A stretch of DNA of 64,000 nucleotides, taken from Nymphaea colorata. Its lineage: Eukaryota. Positions 48,327-61,350 of this stretch are shown one piece after another. Position 1 is the stretch's first letter; every line of letters begins with the position of its first letter. The notes under the pieces are model-generated. The model searched no databases, was not told where the DNA came from, and saw nothing but the letters and a program-made list of their open reading frames with translations. The translations under genes were made by a program, and so were the position numbers. The DNA lies in contig NC_045138.2 in NCBI RefSeq assembly GCF_008831285.2, positions 43,648,001 to 43,712,000 on the forward strand. The letters are read 5' to 3'.

Positions 48327-48768
48327 ACCTACACAGCATACACAGCAGGAGAGGAGAGTGAAAGGGCGTTTAAGACGAGGAGGAGATTGAGGCAGAGGGC
48401 AAAATAGACGACAAAGGGATTAAGGCAGCAGCAGCGCAGCAGCAGGTTGACAATGAGGGGAGCAGCAGAGAGGGCGAAAGAGACGACGAGCTGCAAGGGA
48501 GCAACAGAGAGGGTGAAAGAGACGACGAGCTGTAGGAGAGGTGGCAGCGGCAAGAGGGAGGCAATGCGTCGAGCCCTAACGGGCAAAAAAATTTACCCGG
48601 AAATATGTTTCCACCTCTCGTAGTGGAAACATATTTCCGGAAAAAAATTTCCGGATCCAGTTATAACGGTCAAAAAAAAGTTTCCATGTTTGATGGCAAA
48701 GAAAAATTTTAAAAATTTGAATTATTTTCCATCAGCTACAGTTCTTTTCCAGGCCATCAAATGGGCCC
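46504..48768. mobile_element. Non-autonomous PIF/Harbinger (Tourist-like) element with ~1.9 kb unidentified internal sequence
   Basis: TIR GGGGCCGTTTGATGGCCTG vs reverse complement GGGCCCATTTGATGGCCTG (17/19); TSD TAA (46501-46503 / 48769-48771); subterminal GAAA(A)TAT repeats; no transposase. Confidence 0.85.
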
Positions 48769-49289
48769 TAAGTGATAAGATAAGGGCAAATAGTAAACTT
48801 ACCCTAGGAGATATGCATGGAAATTTTTAAAAATTGTCAAAGGTAGAACTATTTTAAAAAATGCAGGCACATTATTGGAATTTAATCAATTGACAAGTGC
48901 ATTTTGGTCCGAGTAAAAAATTAGGGCCTCAACACTAATTAAGTTAATCTAAACATGTTTTTATTAACTCAACAAGGTTCATTAAAGTTAAGCTTAACTA
49001 GAAATAATGTATGATATAATATATTTAAGATAAGCATAAGAGAGTGCACCACCCCTTTTAAAGGGAGGTGCTCTTTACGTGTGAAAAAAGAAAGGAGAGA
49101 GAGAAGAGATAAAGGAAAGAGAGAATGAAGAGAGAAAGAGAAAGAAAAGGTAGAGAGGAGATATAGAGAAGAGAGAGAGAGAGAAAAAAGATAGACCACC
49201 TATAAATATAGGTGCGGTGGTAAGTTTGCCCTTCACTTCTCATCCCAAACAAACTTCACTCTTTTTCTTAATAGGTTAGTCATCATCAT

Positions 49290-49681
49290 TGTCACAGGCT
49301 GACTCCTTCAGTCCGTGTGGCACAGCAAGAACCTAATTGCTGTCAGCCTTCAAACCATCGAAAGGGGCACAAAGATCGTTTTGGAAAACAAGTGCATAAA
49401 GAAAGCTGTGTGAATAAAGACATCTCGCAATGTATTCATCTTGAAAAACTTGTACATCATGACAAAGGTAAGAAAGAAGAATGATCTCAACTTGCTTGCA
49501 TAGGATGGCCGAAGCCGCATACAAGGATTTCAATGCCGACCACCCAAATCATGACACTTAGACCGATGGGAGGGTACTCCCTTACAAGTGAACAAGCATA
49601 AGCAAAGACTCAACATAAGCAAAGGAACTACATAGCAAAACAAAGCAAATGACTGTACAGACTCTTAGACACAAGAGAACA
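49290..49681 (-). repeat. 3' LTR of gypsy copy 2
   Basis: TGTCAC...GAGAACA next to the reverse-complement PPT. Confidence 0.9.
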
Positions 49682-52600
49682 GGCTCTCCCATTCAAATCA
49701 AGCGTCATCCTTGGTGCCAATTGCTTCATGATAGGCTTTGACTTCCAGTGGGTAGTGCTTCTTCATACGGAATGCATAGTCCCAGGTTGGGTTCTGCTCT
49801 CCTATTCACTTCACTTGGTACTTCTTTGGCTCGCCTAGATAGTTTGTTTTGTGCCAAAGAATATCTTCCATCTGTCAGTTCGTCGCTCGCTTGATCGGCA
49901 GGGCTCGCAGCATGATTGGGTCTCGTTCTAGAATGCTTCTATCAGGGTCTTCCTCATCAAAGTAGAAGGGCTTCAGGTTACAAACATAGAACACTAAATG
50001 CACCTTAAAGTCTGGCGGCAAGTCTAGTTTGTAAGCTAGTTTCCCGATTCTCTTCAACATTGTAAAGGGGCCTTCATACTTGCAGATTAATTATCTGTGT
50101 TGACCACGGAAGATGCCCATGTGATCAGGATAAAGTTTCATGAGAATTGATCACCTACTCGGCATTTCATTGGCCTTCAATTCTGATATGCAAATTTATT
50201 CATCTTTTTGGCAGCCTTATGTAAGAACGCCTTAACCAACTCTGTCTGTTCCTGCCAGACAAGTAGGAAAAAGTAGGTCATCCATTCTCTTGGATTGCAA
50301 GGGCATGAGGCATCAACGGTTGCTGCCCAGTGACTATTTCGAATGGACTATGTCTAGAAGACTCGCTCTTATGTAAATTATAGCAAAATTGAGTTACATC
50401 CTACAATTTCACCCAATTCTACTTATTCACATTGATATAATGTCGAAGGTATTGTTTCAACAATTCGTTGATCCGTTCAGTTTGGCCATCAGTTTGTGGG
50501 TGGAAACTAGTTGAGAATAATAAATTTGAACTCGGCAAACGAAATACTTCGCGCTAGAACTTTCCTGTGAAGCGGAAGTCACGATTACTTACAATGTTTT
50601 TTGGCACACCCGAGTGCTTCACTCTATGCTTTACAAATAACTCTATCGTCTTCTCCATAGGACATTCCTTAGAGGCTGGGATGAAGGTGGCATACTTCGA
50701 GAATCTATCCACAACCACAAGAATGGAGCTGATATTATCAACTTTGGGTAAGCTGATGATGAAGTCCATGGAGATGCATTCCCACGGACATTCTAGAATA
50801 GAAAGAGGCTCCAAGAGACCGACAGTTTTCTAATTTGTTCTCCTATCATGCTGAAAAATCAAGCAAGTTTTCACATATGCTTCAACATCATCGCGCATCT
50901 GTGGCTAATAATAACCACGTTCCATGAGTGCCAATATCTGCTCCTAGCCAGGATGGCGCCGCAACGAGTCATGACATTCCTTTAGCACCTCTCACTGAAG
51001 ATTGTCCTATCTGGGTACAAACATACGTCTAGCCTTTGCAATTAGAAGTCCATCATGCAACCAGAATCATCGCATTTTCCCCGCATCAACTGCCACGACT
51101 AAGTGCTTGGCCACAGGGTCCTGTTTCATGCCTAATCTATCCAAGAAGAGTACTTTTAAGTTGCGTTTCGGATGATGTTGTCTGAGTAGCTGCCAACTGC
51201 GCCTTTCGACTTAGTGAACGTTTGTTCTCTCTGCCTTGTACTCCAAGGCAAAATAAAATTCTGTAAGGAATTTTTATCAATGGGCCTGCTTCTAGCTCAA
51301 CTTCTTTTGAGTCTTGAAGTAGCTTGTAGCTATGTTATCAGTCTTCACCACAAACTAAGCTCCCAACAAATAATGCCTCCATGTATGAAGACAGTGGATA
51401 ATGACCATCATTTCCCTTTCATGCATGGAGTACCGTTGCTCCGCAACCTTAAGCTCTTTACTTTCATAGGCAACCGGGTGACTTTCCTGTATCAACACTC
51501 CACCAATAGCAAAATCTGATGCATCTGTGTGGACTTCAAATTTCTTGGTGTGGTCGGGGAACCTGAGCACAGGTTCCTGCGTCAGGGCCCTCTTTAACTT
51601 CTCAAAGGCTTCTTCTTCAAGTCCTTCCCAAGCCCAAGTTCGGTTTTCTTCAGTAAATCAGTGAGACACGCAACTATCAAAGAATACCCATCAATGAATT
51701 TGTTGATAATAGTTCAACAAGCCAAGAAAGGAACGCAACTCCAGTACATTGGTTGGCGGTTTCCAGTCTTCAATAGCCCTCACCTTTTTCGTGTCCATCC
51801 GCTGTTGACCTTTTCCCACAATATCATAGAGAAAACTAATTTTTGGTTGGCCAAATAAGCACTTCTTGTGCTTCACATATAGTTTGTTTTCCTTCAACAC
51901 CTTGAACACTATCCATAGGTGTTCCACATGGACTTCCATTGGCTGCTATACACCATAATATCATCAAGATAGACTGCCATGAACTTACCTAAGTACAGAT
52001 AGAATATCTTGTTTATTAGAGTCGAAAAAGTTATAGGAGCATTCGTCAACCCGAAAGGCATTACGAAGAATTCGAAGGCACCGTAGCGAGTGACACAAGT
52101 TGTCTTTGGCTTGTCACCATCAACAATCTTAACTTGCCAATATCCAGATCGATGATGCAGCTTGGAAAATACTCGAGCTCCATCAACCTGATCGAAAAGA
52201 TCCACAATCAAATGTGAGAGATATTTATTCTTCACTGTTACCTTGTTTAATGCCCTATAATCCACACATAGTCTTTTGAAGTCATCATGTTTTGCTTGAA
52301 ATAAAATTGATATACCAAAAGGAGCTTTGGAGGGTCTAATTATACCTCCAACTAGCATCTCATCCAACTGTCGCCGAAGTTCCTTCAATTCTGTAGGGTC
52401 ATCCGATAAGGTGCCATCGTCGGGGGTTTGGCACCAGGAATGAGTTCTATGGCATGATCCACCTCACGTCGACGTAGCAACCGTCTAGGGAACTCTGTAG
52501 GTATTGTCCCTGTGAATTTCGCTAAGACTGGCGCAAACGCCTCTGGGACCAAACCAGGGGAGTCATTAGTCACTTACCTGATTGCCACAAAGTATGTATA

Positions 52601-54305
52601 TTCACTGTACTTCAGGCCTTTGTTTAATTGAAGAACGGATATCATCACGACCTTGCCCTTATCCTTTTTACCATTATTGCTGGAACCGTGCAATGGACTT
52701 CTCATCCATAATACTGATACTGCATAAGTGCGGCATCAGGACCATTTTGTTGTACTAAGGAGTTTCATGCCTAGAATCATCTGGAAATCATCCATCGGGA
52801 ACACCGAGAAGTTGGCTTTGCCAGACCAACTCTCAATCTTCACGACCGCATCCCGAGCTACTTTGTTGATAGGTTTTGTCTCTGAGTTCACCGCCTTCAT
52901 GCATAACTCTCCCTTCTCAAGGGTGAGACCTAATTTCCTTGCCTCTTCATCTGAGACGAAGTTGTGTGTTGCACCTGTGTCTACAATAGCCATGGTAGGC
53001 TTTCCATTTACCAGAATCTCTAGATACATGAGTTCATTGGAAGGTGTCGTTGTCACCTTCGTTTTTTCCTCTATCTTCATAGTATTCGGAAGTTGAAGTG
53101 CACCCATCTTTGGTCCTTCTCTTTCTTCACCTTGTACCGCATTAGTAGACTGTCTTGAAGGGCTTGTTTGGTTGTTCTTTATTAGATGCTTTGGACATAG
53201 CCTGGCTAAGTGCCTCTCTCCGCAGAACCAACAATTTTGCATTTTATTTTGGAAATTGTTGTTATTACGAAAGAAAGTCTCTTCTCAACTTGATGTTGAG
53301 TCGATGATTCACCTTTTTGTTCTTGTCGATCCTCCTTCTTTCCTCCATGGTCAGGTTTCTTCGAAGGCTTGAAGGTGTTAGTGTAGCCCTTGCGTTGGGT
53401 ATCGGCCAAGCACTCTTATATCATATAAGCATGCTCCAAGGCCTCTAGATTACACCTTTCCACTTCAGATTGTGCCCACGGCTGAAATCTCAAAATAAAT
53501 CAGTCCACTTTATCTTGTTTTGGTATATCGGGTACATCCAACATAAGCCTTTGGTAGGACCTCACATAGTCTCGCAAGGATCGTGTGGGTTTCAATTCAC
53601 CGACCATTCGATAAGCATGGCGTCTTGCATTCGGGAGCATGAAGTAATTTCAACTCTTGCTGAAAATCATCGAAAGTGTCTATTGTGCAGATCCCCTTTT
53701 GAATGTCAAGTTGTTTCCGTCTCCACCATGCAACAGCATCTCCCTCGAGTAACATGGTGGCAGTCTTGACCTGAAGGTCCAAGTAATATTCCACTTCAAA
53801 CAAAAAGTTGTCGATCACTCGACTATCTCGATTTCTGTTGTATTTTGTGTTCATTGAACATCGACTCTGGTTGGTCGATCGTCACCTCCACCTATAGAAA
53901 CTTGTCACTGTAGTGTGCAGTTCCTTGCCTGAAGTTCCTTGACTTCAGCTTGCAGTGCGGTCACTGTGTCAGTAAGTGACCTGTTCATGGCCATAAGATC
54001 GACTATTTGTTTCCGCAGGGCCTTCATTTCGTCCATCATTTCCTCGAAGGACTCGGCTGCATCGCCCAATGCTTTTTCTTGAGTAGCCACATCGATAACC
54101 AACTTGTTCACCACTTCAACCAGGTCTTTCTGACCATGAGATGTGCCCATCTCGTTAGACTGGGCTACTCCCCTACCCTTGGTGCTTCGCAGATTGTATT
54201 GAGTCGCCAGGACATCCTCTTTGATCAATGCTTGTCGGTGTGTTATTCTACATTGACTCTCCAATCGCTTCGCCAAATTGAGCTGAACGTGGCTCTGATA
54301 CCAGT

Positions 54306-54705
54306 TGTCACGGGCTGACTCCTTTAGTCTGTGCGGCACGACAAAAACCTAATTGTCGTCAACCTTCAAACTATCGAAAGAGGCGCAAAGATCATTTTGG
54401 AAAACAAGTGCATAAAGCTGTGTGAATAAATAAATCTCGCAATGCATTCATCTTGGAAAACTTGTATATCACGAGAGAGGTAAGAAAGGAGTATGATCTC
54501 AACTTGCTTACACAGGATGGTCGAAGCCACATACAAGGATTCCAATGCCGACCACCGAAAACATAAAATCCCAAAACATGTTTAGACCGGTGAGAGGGTA
54601 CTCCCTTACAAGTGAACAAGCATAAGCAACAACTCAACATAAGCAAATGAAGTACATAGCAAAACAAAGTAAATGACTATACAGACTCTTAGACATAGGG
54701 GAACA
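54306..54705 (-). repeat. 5' LTR of gypsy copy 2
   Basis: TGTCAC...GGAACA adjacent to the PBS. Confidence 0.9.
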
Positions 54706-57154
54706 GACATAACTATTTCCAAAAAGTCTTGTATAAACTTATGATAGTACCCTGCTAATCCCAAAAAGCCTCTAGCCTTAGTTACGCTACGTTCGTCCTC
54801 CAGTCCCGTACCACCGACACCTTAGCTGGATTCATGAAAACTTCATCTTTCGTTATCACATGACCAAGGAAGTTTATCTTCTCTAGCCAAAATTTGCATT
54901 TTGAGTATTTGGTATATAATTTATGTTTGCACAAAATCCCCAACACACTCCTTAGGTGATCTTTGTGATTTGCCTCGCTATCTGAATATACCAAAATGTC
55001 ATCCACAAATATAATAACAAATTGATCTAAGTAGTATTGGAAAACCCAATTCATGAGGTCTATAAATGTTGCAGGTGCATTGGTCAACCTAAAAGGCAAG
55101 ACCCTGAATTCATAGTGCTCATATCTAGTTCGAAAGGCAATCTTACCAACATCTTCCTCTTGTATTGATGACAACATGTCCTTAGGTCAATCTTGGAGAA
55201 CACATTTGCATTATTAAGCTGTTCAAACAAGTCCTTAATTCTAGGGAGAAAATATCATTCTTGATGGTGACTTGATTCACTATGTGGTAATCTATACACA
55301 AGTGCATTGTCCCATTATTATTCTTAACAAATAACATGGTGCTCTCCAAGGTGACATGCTAGGACGAATGAAGTCCTTATCTAAGAGGTCATGTAGTTGC
55401 TTCTTCCATTCTTCTGACTCTACCGGTGCTATATGGTATGGTGCCTTAGAAATAGAGGATGTCCTTGGTAACAACTCTATCTTGAATTCAACTTCTTGTG
55501 TTTAAGGCAAATTTGTTAACTCTTCAGGGAACACATTGGGGTACTCATCACAATGGCTACATCCCATAACTTCACTAGCTTAGTTTCACTATTCAACACA
55601 TTGACTAAGAGGGCAACACTCTCATTTTCTAACAATCATTTAGCCGTTAGTGCAGACATCATTATCTTATCAGTTCAACTGGCTTTTCGAGTTTGGAATT
55701 CCACTGACTTCATCTCATGAGTTAATAATTATATATGCTTCTTTCTACAATCTTTATTGGCATAATGCGTATATAGTCAATCCATGCCCAAAATAACATT
55801 GAACTCACTGAGACTTATGATCACCAACTATGTAGGCAAATGATGCTGATGGATATGTATGTCCACATCAAGGAGATACTGATACACGAGTTTTGAGCAT
55901 GAATATGGCTGGTTACTTTTAAGACATACAGCATCATCTTAGCCGACATTTCTAGTGAAGTGGCAAATCAATTAGATGTGAAAAAATGAGCCAACACCCG
56001 CATCAAATAACACTCTAGCAATGTGAGAACTAACAAGTAATGTTCATTTGATAAGATTATGTGCCTGAAACTCCTCTGCGGTAATTCGCATAGACACATC
56101 TGGTAGTCTTTTGTGCACTTGAAGGACCAGCCTCGGGCTTCTTCGATGTCTTTTCTCACATTTTTGGAAAATCTTTGATGAAGTGCTCAATCATTCCATA
56201 GTGTAAATACTCCACTCTTTCGATAACATAGCTTCCTCAGATGCACACGTGAGCAAGTAGGACGTCTCGGTAAAGTCAAAGTAGTCATTGCCCCTTGTGT
56301 AATGTCACTACAGGTAGGCATGTTCCGCCTGAATGCTCTATCCTCTCACCTCCCATAAGGTTGTTCCTTGCCTGTGAAGTTGTTGTGCTTGGGATGCATC
56401 CACCCACCATGCAACTATTAGCTTGGCTTCTTATGGTGGTCAGGCTGCGTCCTTGCCTCCTCCATGCGTCTAGTCTAGCCATGGTGACCGCTTCATACAA
56501 ATCACGAGGCTTGCTAGATATTACCTTGTTTTATAGTCCCTCACGCAATGCATGCACAAACTTTTCTACTCTGGGCTCATTAGTGGTGTAGAGATGAAGG
56601 TAATATGCCTCTAAGTATAGATGCTTCGTAACATTCTCCTCCAAGCTCATATGATTTTGTTGCGATCATGGAACTCTTGTAGTAGTGTCTTCTGTAGGAG
56701 ATGCATGGCTCATCTTGTTACTGACTGTCGACTATACTAAGAAGGTCAATGTCTATAAAGTCGTCAGCAGTATAGTTTGTTGACCTATAGGTGGAGTCTG
56801 CACCACACCAGTCTGGGTGAACAGTTACCCTAAAGTACTAGGGTCCAGTGACGTATGTGCATTTGAATGGGTCGGACTCATCTCTCTCTGTACCTTAGTA
56901 GCCAGCCCACCTCGCTTCTTACCCCCACCTTGGTACTACATTTGTAGAAGAAAGAATCCTCATTCTTTTGCAAAGTCTATGACAAGTCTTTCAAGCCAAA
57001 TTGCAAAATGCATCGTCACAATATTTCAAAACATCAACCCATTCTATATGTACATATCATAGTGAACATTAGGCATACCTAGGCAACAAACCTTCACAGA
57101 TAGATATTAAATCACATCCGTAGTGGAGTTTTCCCATAGCTTTGATACCATGAC

Positions 57155-60100
57155 TGTCACACCCCAGCACTTTTACCCCCAGATTTTTTTTTTTGTTAAA
57201 ATGTAAAACATTGAGACATGACAACACAACAATTAAAAAGGGGCTATGCACCTCAAAATGATAATGGGGTAAACATTCTAATATGTAGCAAATTCAGTTT
57301 ATATAAAATTACTTCATATTTCTCAAAGATACATGACAAAAATACTATATAACCACAACACCGATGTTTAACAAAAACAAGATATCAATGTGACCTAAAC
57401 ATGGCACACCGGCATGACTATAGACCCAAAATCTCTCCAATAGGATGTGAGGGGAGCCATCTGTTCAACCTGTTGCCTCGGGTCCATGCAGTATGACAAC
57501 AAACTAGATAAATCCCCAACCCTATAAGGTTCACTTCATTCACATTCATTTTACTTACATTCATTTCATTTACATTCGATTTAGTGAATTGACAGCTTGT
57601 TCGCATCCGCAAAAATCTTTCGGTTTTTGGAGCGCTCCAAAAAAATTAGGTTTTGTTTTGAAATGAAAGAGAAAGGGACTCACCCATCTGTACGAGGATC
57701 GACCGTTTTTTGCGCCTTTACCGGGGTTAATAAATCCAAGGGCTATGTTAATTCTTGATGCATTTCCTTTTAGCTTAAACATCTTTTTTATTTTAAATAA
57801 AATGTAGTGTTTGAGAAAATATTGAAGATTTAATGTTTCAAGATTTTGAGAAAGTTTTGAAGAATCATTTGATAATATAAAACGTTTTGATTTGCAAAAT
57901 CTTGAGTGAAAAATCTTTACAAATATCATTTTGAAACATTTGAAAATCACCTTTTCAAATCATTTTAGTGTTTTCTTAAGACTTTAAGTAAGTTTGAGGT
58001 TTCGCTCTAATTTGGTTACTACCTAATTAGAGCTTCACATCTTGCTTAAGTTCTTTTAGAGAGGTGCTTCTAATAATTTGTGATATTAAGTGAATGTAGA
58101 TGTATGAATGCATTGATCGTATATGATTAAAAGAAGCCATTCATTCCTACGATAATATACATCTAAGTTTCTCATTGATATTTATTAGGTTGACATAAAT
58201 ATTGTTATGAAAGAGATTTTTTTTTTTAAATGGAATGGGGTTGTAGACCATCAAGCATGATTCCCATATTGGGTCATTATTTGATTTTTGGTCTTACTGA
58301 AGTCGGTAAATAAAAAGGTCTTGGAAGAAAAATGTTCAAAAGAATGAAAAAGAGGGAAGACTTAAAGATAAGAGGAACATGGAGAAAGAGAGAGAGAGAA
58401 TGAGATTTTGAAAATCACAAAGGATTTTAAAGAGAGAGAGATATGTATTCATATGCATATTTATATATACATATATATGTATATATATGCATATGGATAC
58501 ATATATAAAAGCTTGTGAAGAGGAGGTTTAAGTCAAATAGAGAAGAAGAAAAGATTTTAGAAAGAAAGTAAGAGATTTTAAAAAATAATACACGTATATA
58601 TATATATATATATATACATATATGAGAGTTTGTAAAAGAATTTGTTAAATCATAAAAAGAGATGGACAAAGGGAGATTGTCATTTGTACATATATGCACA
58701 TGACATGTATACACGTATATGTGTTCATGAAAATTAAAATGAAGAAATGACTTGAAAATGTTCGACTTCATTTTTTATGTAGCCAGAGAGGAACTTGGAC
58801 TCATGCAAGAGTCTAAGCTAAGTCTCCATGGCCTCATTAGAGGGGGTTCTTGCTTTTAAAAATCTTTTAGAATATTATTCTAAAATTTTTTGTATGTGAA
58901 CATGAAAAACATTATTAGTTTGTTGGATACAAGAGAATATATTTCTTCCACTGTTGGGTATGGAAGAAAATCAAACATACATAAAATGAAGAGCAACGTA
59001 GGAAAGCACTCATTGGGGTCCCTAATTGGGTGATTATGAAACTACGCATGAGAATGACATGAAAAGTGCATATTAATATGTACAAATTTGTGAGGGGCTT
59101 TCTTCGGTTGGACAAATTTTAACCTCAAAAATCAACACAAGAATGAAGAAATCTCAACTCAAAAACTCATTCTCACCGTGCATTTGCTCATTAATTAAAG
59201 AAAATTAATACATCATGCATAAGCATCGTCTAAAACATACATGATGAGTAAAGCAATGAAACAAGCATATCCTTGAAAATGAATGAAGAGATGTAATTAT
59301 CTCGCCGTGCTCATACTCCACGTGCACTCAAGATGTAGCTCTCGTTCCCCAGATTGAAAATCATTTGAGCTTTCTTGCATGGCCATGGGGAGGTGGCAAG
59401 GGGAAACAAAAATTAAAATGGAATAAGGATTACATACCTCTAATAACTTCTCATGCTCTCTTCAAGAGTTGGAACTTGAAGAAGAAGAAGAAAAGAAGAG
59501 ACAAATGGAGAACAAGAGTCAAATCTTCAAGTAAAGAATCATTAGAAACTCCCCCAAAGGTTAGCTCCTACCCAAGAGGGAGGACTGTGGGGGTATTTAT
59601 AGTGAGTTTTGGTGGCAAAATTCAAAATTTGATTTTTTTTAATTGAACAAGATTTTCATGCGAATTTCAAGTATTTTTGAATAGTTTTATTTATTTTTAA
59701 ATAAGCTTTGACCAAGTGGGATTGGCCACTAGCCCTTCCCTTTGGGGTGTCTTCAAAGCTAATGCCCACCCTGCCAGGCCAAAACCGCCCCTTGGGGGCG
59801 GTTTAACACTAAAATGGGGGCCTATGGTGTGCTGCGCTGATTCGGTGCCTCAGCACGCGCAGCCTAGATTGGTCGTGCGTGAGGCGCTATCGCACCACAG
59901 TGCATCAGGCGCTGGCGCGTCACCTGACATGCACAGCGCCACGCATGAGCAAGCATGCACGAGCGCTCGCCATCGAGCGTGCGCCATTGCACTCAGTGGT
60001 CATAATTTAAAAAAAATTGAATAAAACAAAATAAAATGAAATAAATAAATAAATAATTCTTTAATAAGAAAGCATAAAACCATTTTCTAATAAGAAAAAA

Positions 60101-60600
60101 TTATTTTTGTTACAAATGGTGGCTGACTCCGTTTTGAGTCACTCCGGGCTCATTTTAAATCTGGATCAAGTTCAGTTGATCGCCGGCACATTCTAGTGAG
60201 TAATTTAAGCTCAAACACATGTTTTGGCATGAAGACAAAACATAAAACAAAAGAAAAGGTTGTACTGGTGCACAACACTTAATAGCATCAAATTTTATTA
60301 TTTTGATCTTGGATTTGGATTTTAAGTTTGAAATTCTCAATTTGGATTTAAACTTGGGTTTTGGATCTAATTCGGATCCAAGAGTTGGATTTTGGGTTCG
60401 AATCTTGCATCTAAAGTTGGGTTTGAATTTGAATTTTGTGTTTGGGATCGGACGAGGGTTTAGAAATTCATTTTGGATTGAATAGTCACGAATTTATTTT
60501 GGGTCTACAATTAGGCTTAAGAATTAAATCCAGATGAAATAATTGAGATTTGAATGAAAATAAAATACACACCTTTTTGGAAAAATTTGGGGTGATAACA
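57155..60600 (-). repeat. Long 5' LTR of the Tekay/Del-like element
   Basis: Starts TGTCACACCCC next to the PBS and ends GGGGTGATAACA; contains a GC-rich block (59720-60000). No partner LTR in the window to confirm. Confidence 0.7.
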
Positions 60601-60855
60601 CTGCTCTTATGGGTGCAAACACATGCACGTATGCACCACAGGCGACCTACAATCGGGAGATAACCCCCGTGGTGGTTTGACATTGATGAATTTAAGAGAA
60701 CTAATCTTTGATTAACCTCGAAAGAATCCCTAACTCCTCTTTATATAGACTAGAGGAGAGGGATAAGTTACAAGAAAGTCATTCAAAAGAAACATTATTA
60801 CACAAGTGCCCTCTCAAGCCTAATACTGAGTATAAACACGTCTTAACACTCCCCC

Positions 60856-61350
60856 TCAAGTTGGAGCGTATATGTCAAACAAGCTCAACTTGGAACAACA
60901 ACTTTGGAATGGTCCTCTTGCAAGAGCTTTAGTAAAAATATCAGCAGTTTGCCCTGTAGTTGAAATATGGGAGGTACTTACAAACCCCTTTTGAATCATG
61001 TCTCTGGTATAGTGACAATCTACTTCAACATGCTTGGTTCTCTCATGGAAAGCAGGATTATTAGCAATAAACAGAGCAGCTTTGTTATCACCTAACAATT
61101 GCATAGGAAGAGGCACTTCCACAGTAAGATCCAACATCAGAGATCTAACCCACATAACTTCAGCAGTAGCCTGAGCCATAGCTCTATACTCAGATTCTGC
61201 ACTTGATCTGGCAACCACTGTCTGCTTCTTACTCTTCCATGTGACCAAGTTGGATCCAATACACACAAAACCCAGTAGTGGATTTTCTGTCAAGGTGACA
61301 TCCCGCATAATCAGCATCAACATACACAGATATAGTGAGAGATGTACCAT
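60856..61350 (-). CDS. Copia pol: RNase H
   Basis: [37 protein letters not shown]. Confidence 0.92.
   Translation of the reverse strand: MVHLSLYLCMLMLIMRDVTLTENPLLGFVCIGSNLVTWKSKKQTVVARSSAESEYRAMAQATAEVMWVRSLMLDLTVEVPLPMQLLGDNKAALFIANNPAFHERTKHVEVDCHYTRDMIQKGFVSTSHISTTGQTADIFTKALARGPFQSCCSKLSLFDIYAPT

Larger units (their letters stand above)
49290..54705 (-). mobile_element. Degenerate Ty3/gypsy chromovirus-type LTR retrotransposon (Galadriel-like), copy 2, nested in a Tekay-like element
   Basis: LTRs 49290-49681 and 54306-54705; minus-strand PBS TGGTATCAGAGCC (54291-54303). gag 53200-54230, zinc knuckle + protease (IVDTGATHNF) 52736-53242, RT 51691-52388 (YLDD), RNase H 51355-51570 (TDAS), integrase 50554-50814, AYKLDLP/chromodomain region 49750-50060. 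Imperfect TSD ATCAT/GACAT. Confidence 0.93.
49220..60600 (-). mobile_element. 3'-truncated Ty3/gypsy (Tekay/Del-like) element with a ~3.4-kb 5' LTR
   Basis: RT 54720-55480 (AFRTRYEHYEF, FVDD, FLGLAGYY) continues as MTNLLRK.VKFVWDEK on the far side of the nested element (~49225-49285). Protease/gag remnants 55750-56720; reverse-complement PBS GCTTTGATACCA at 57139-57150. Confidence 0.85.
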
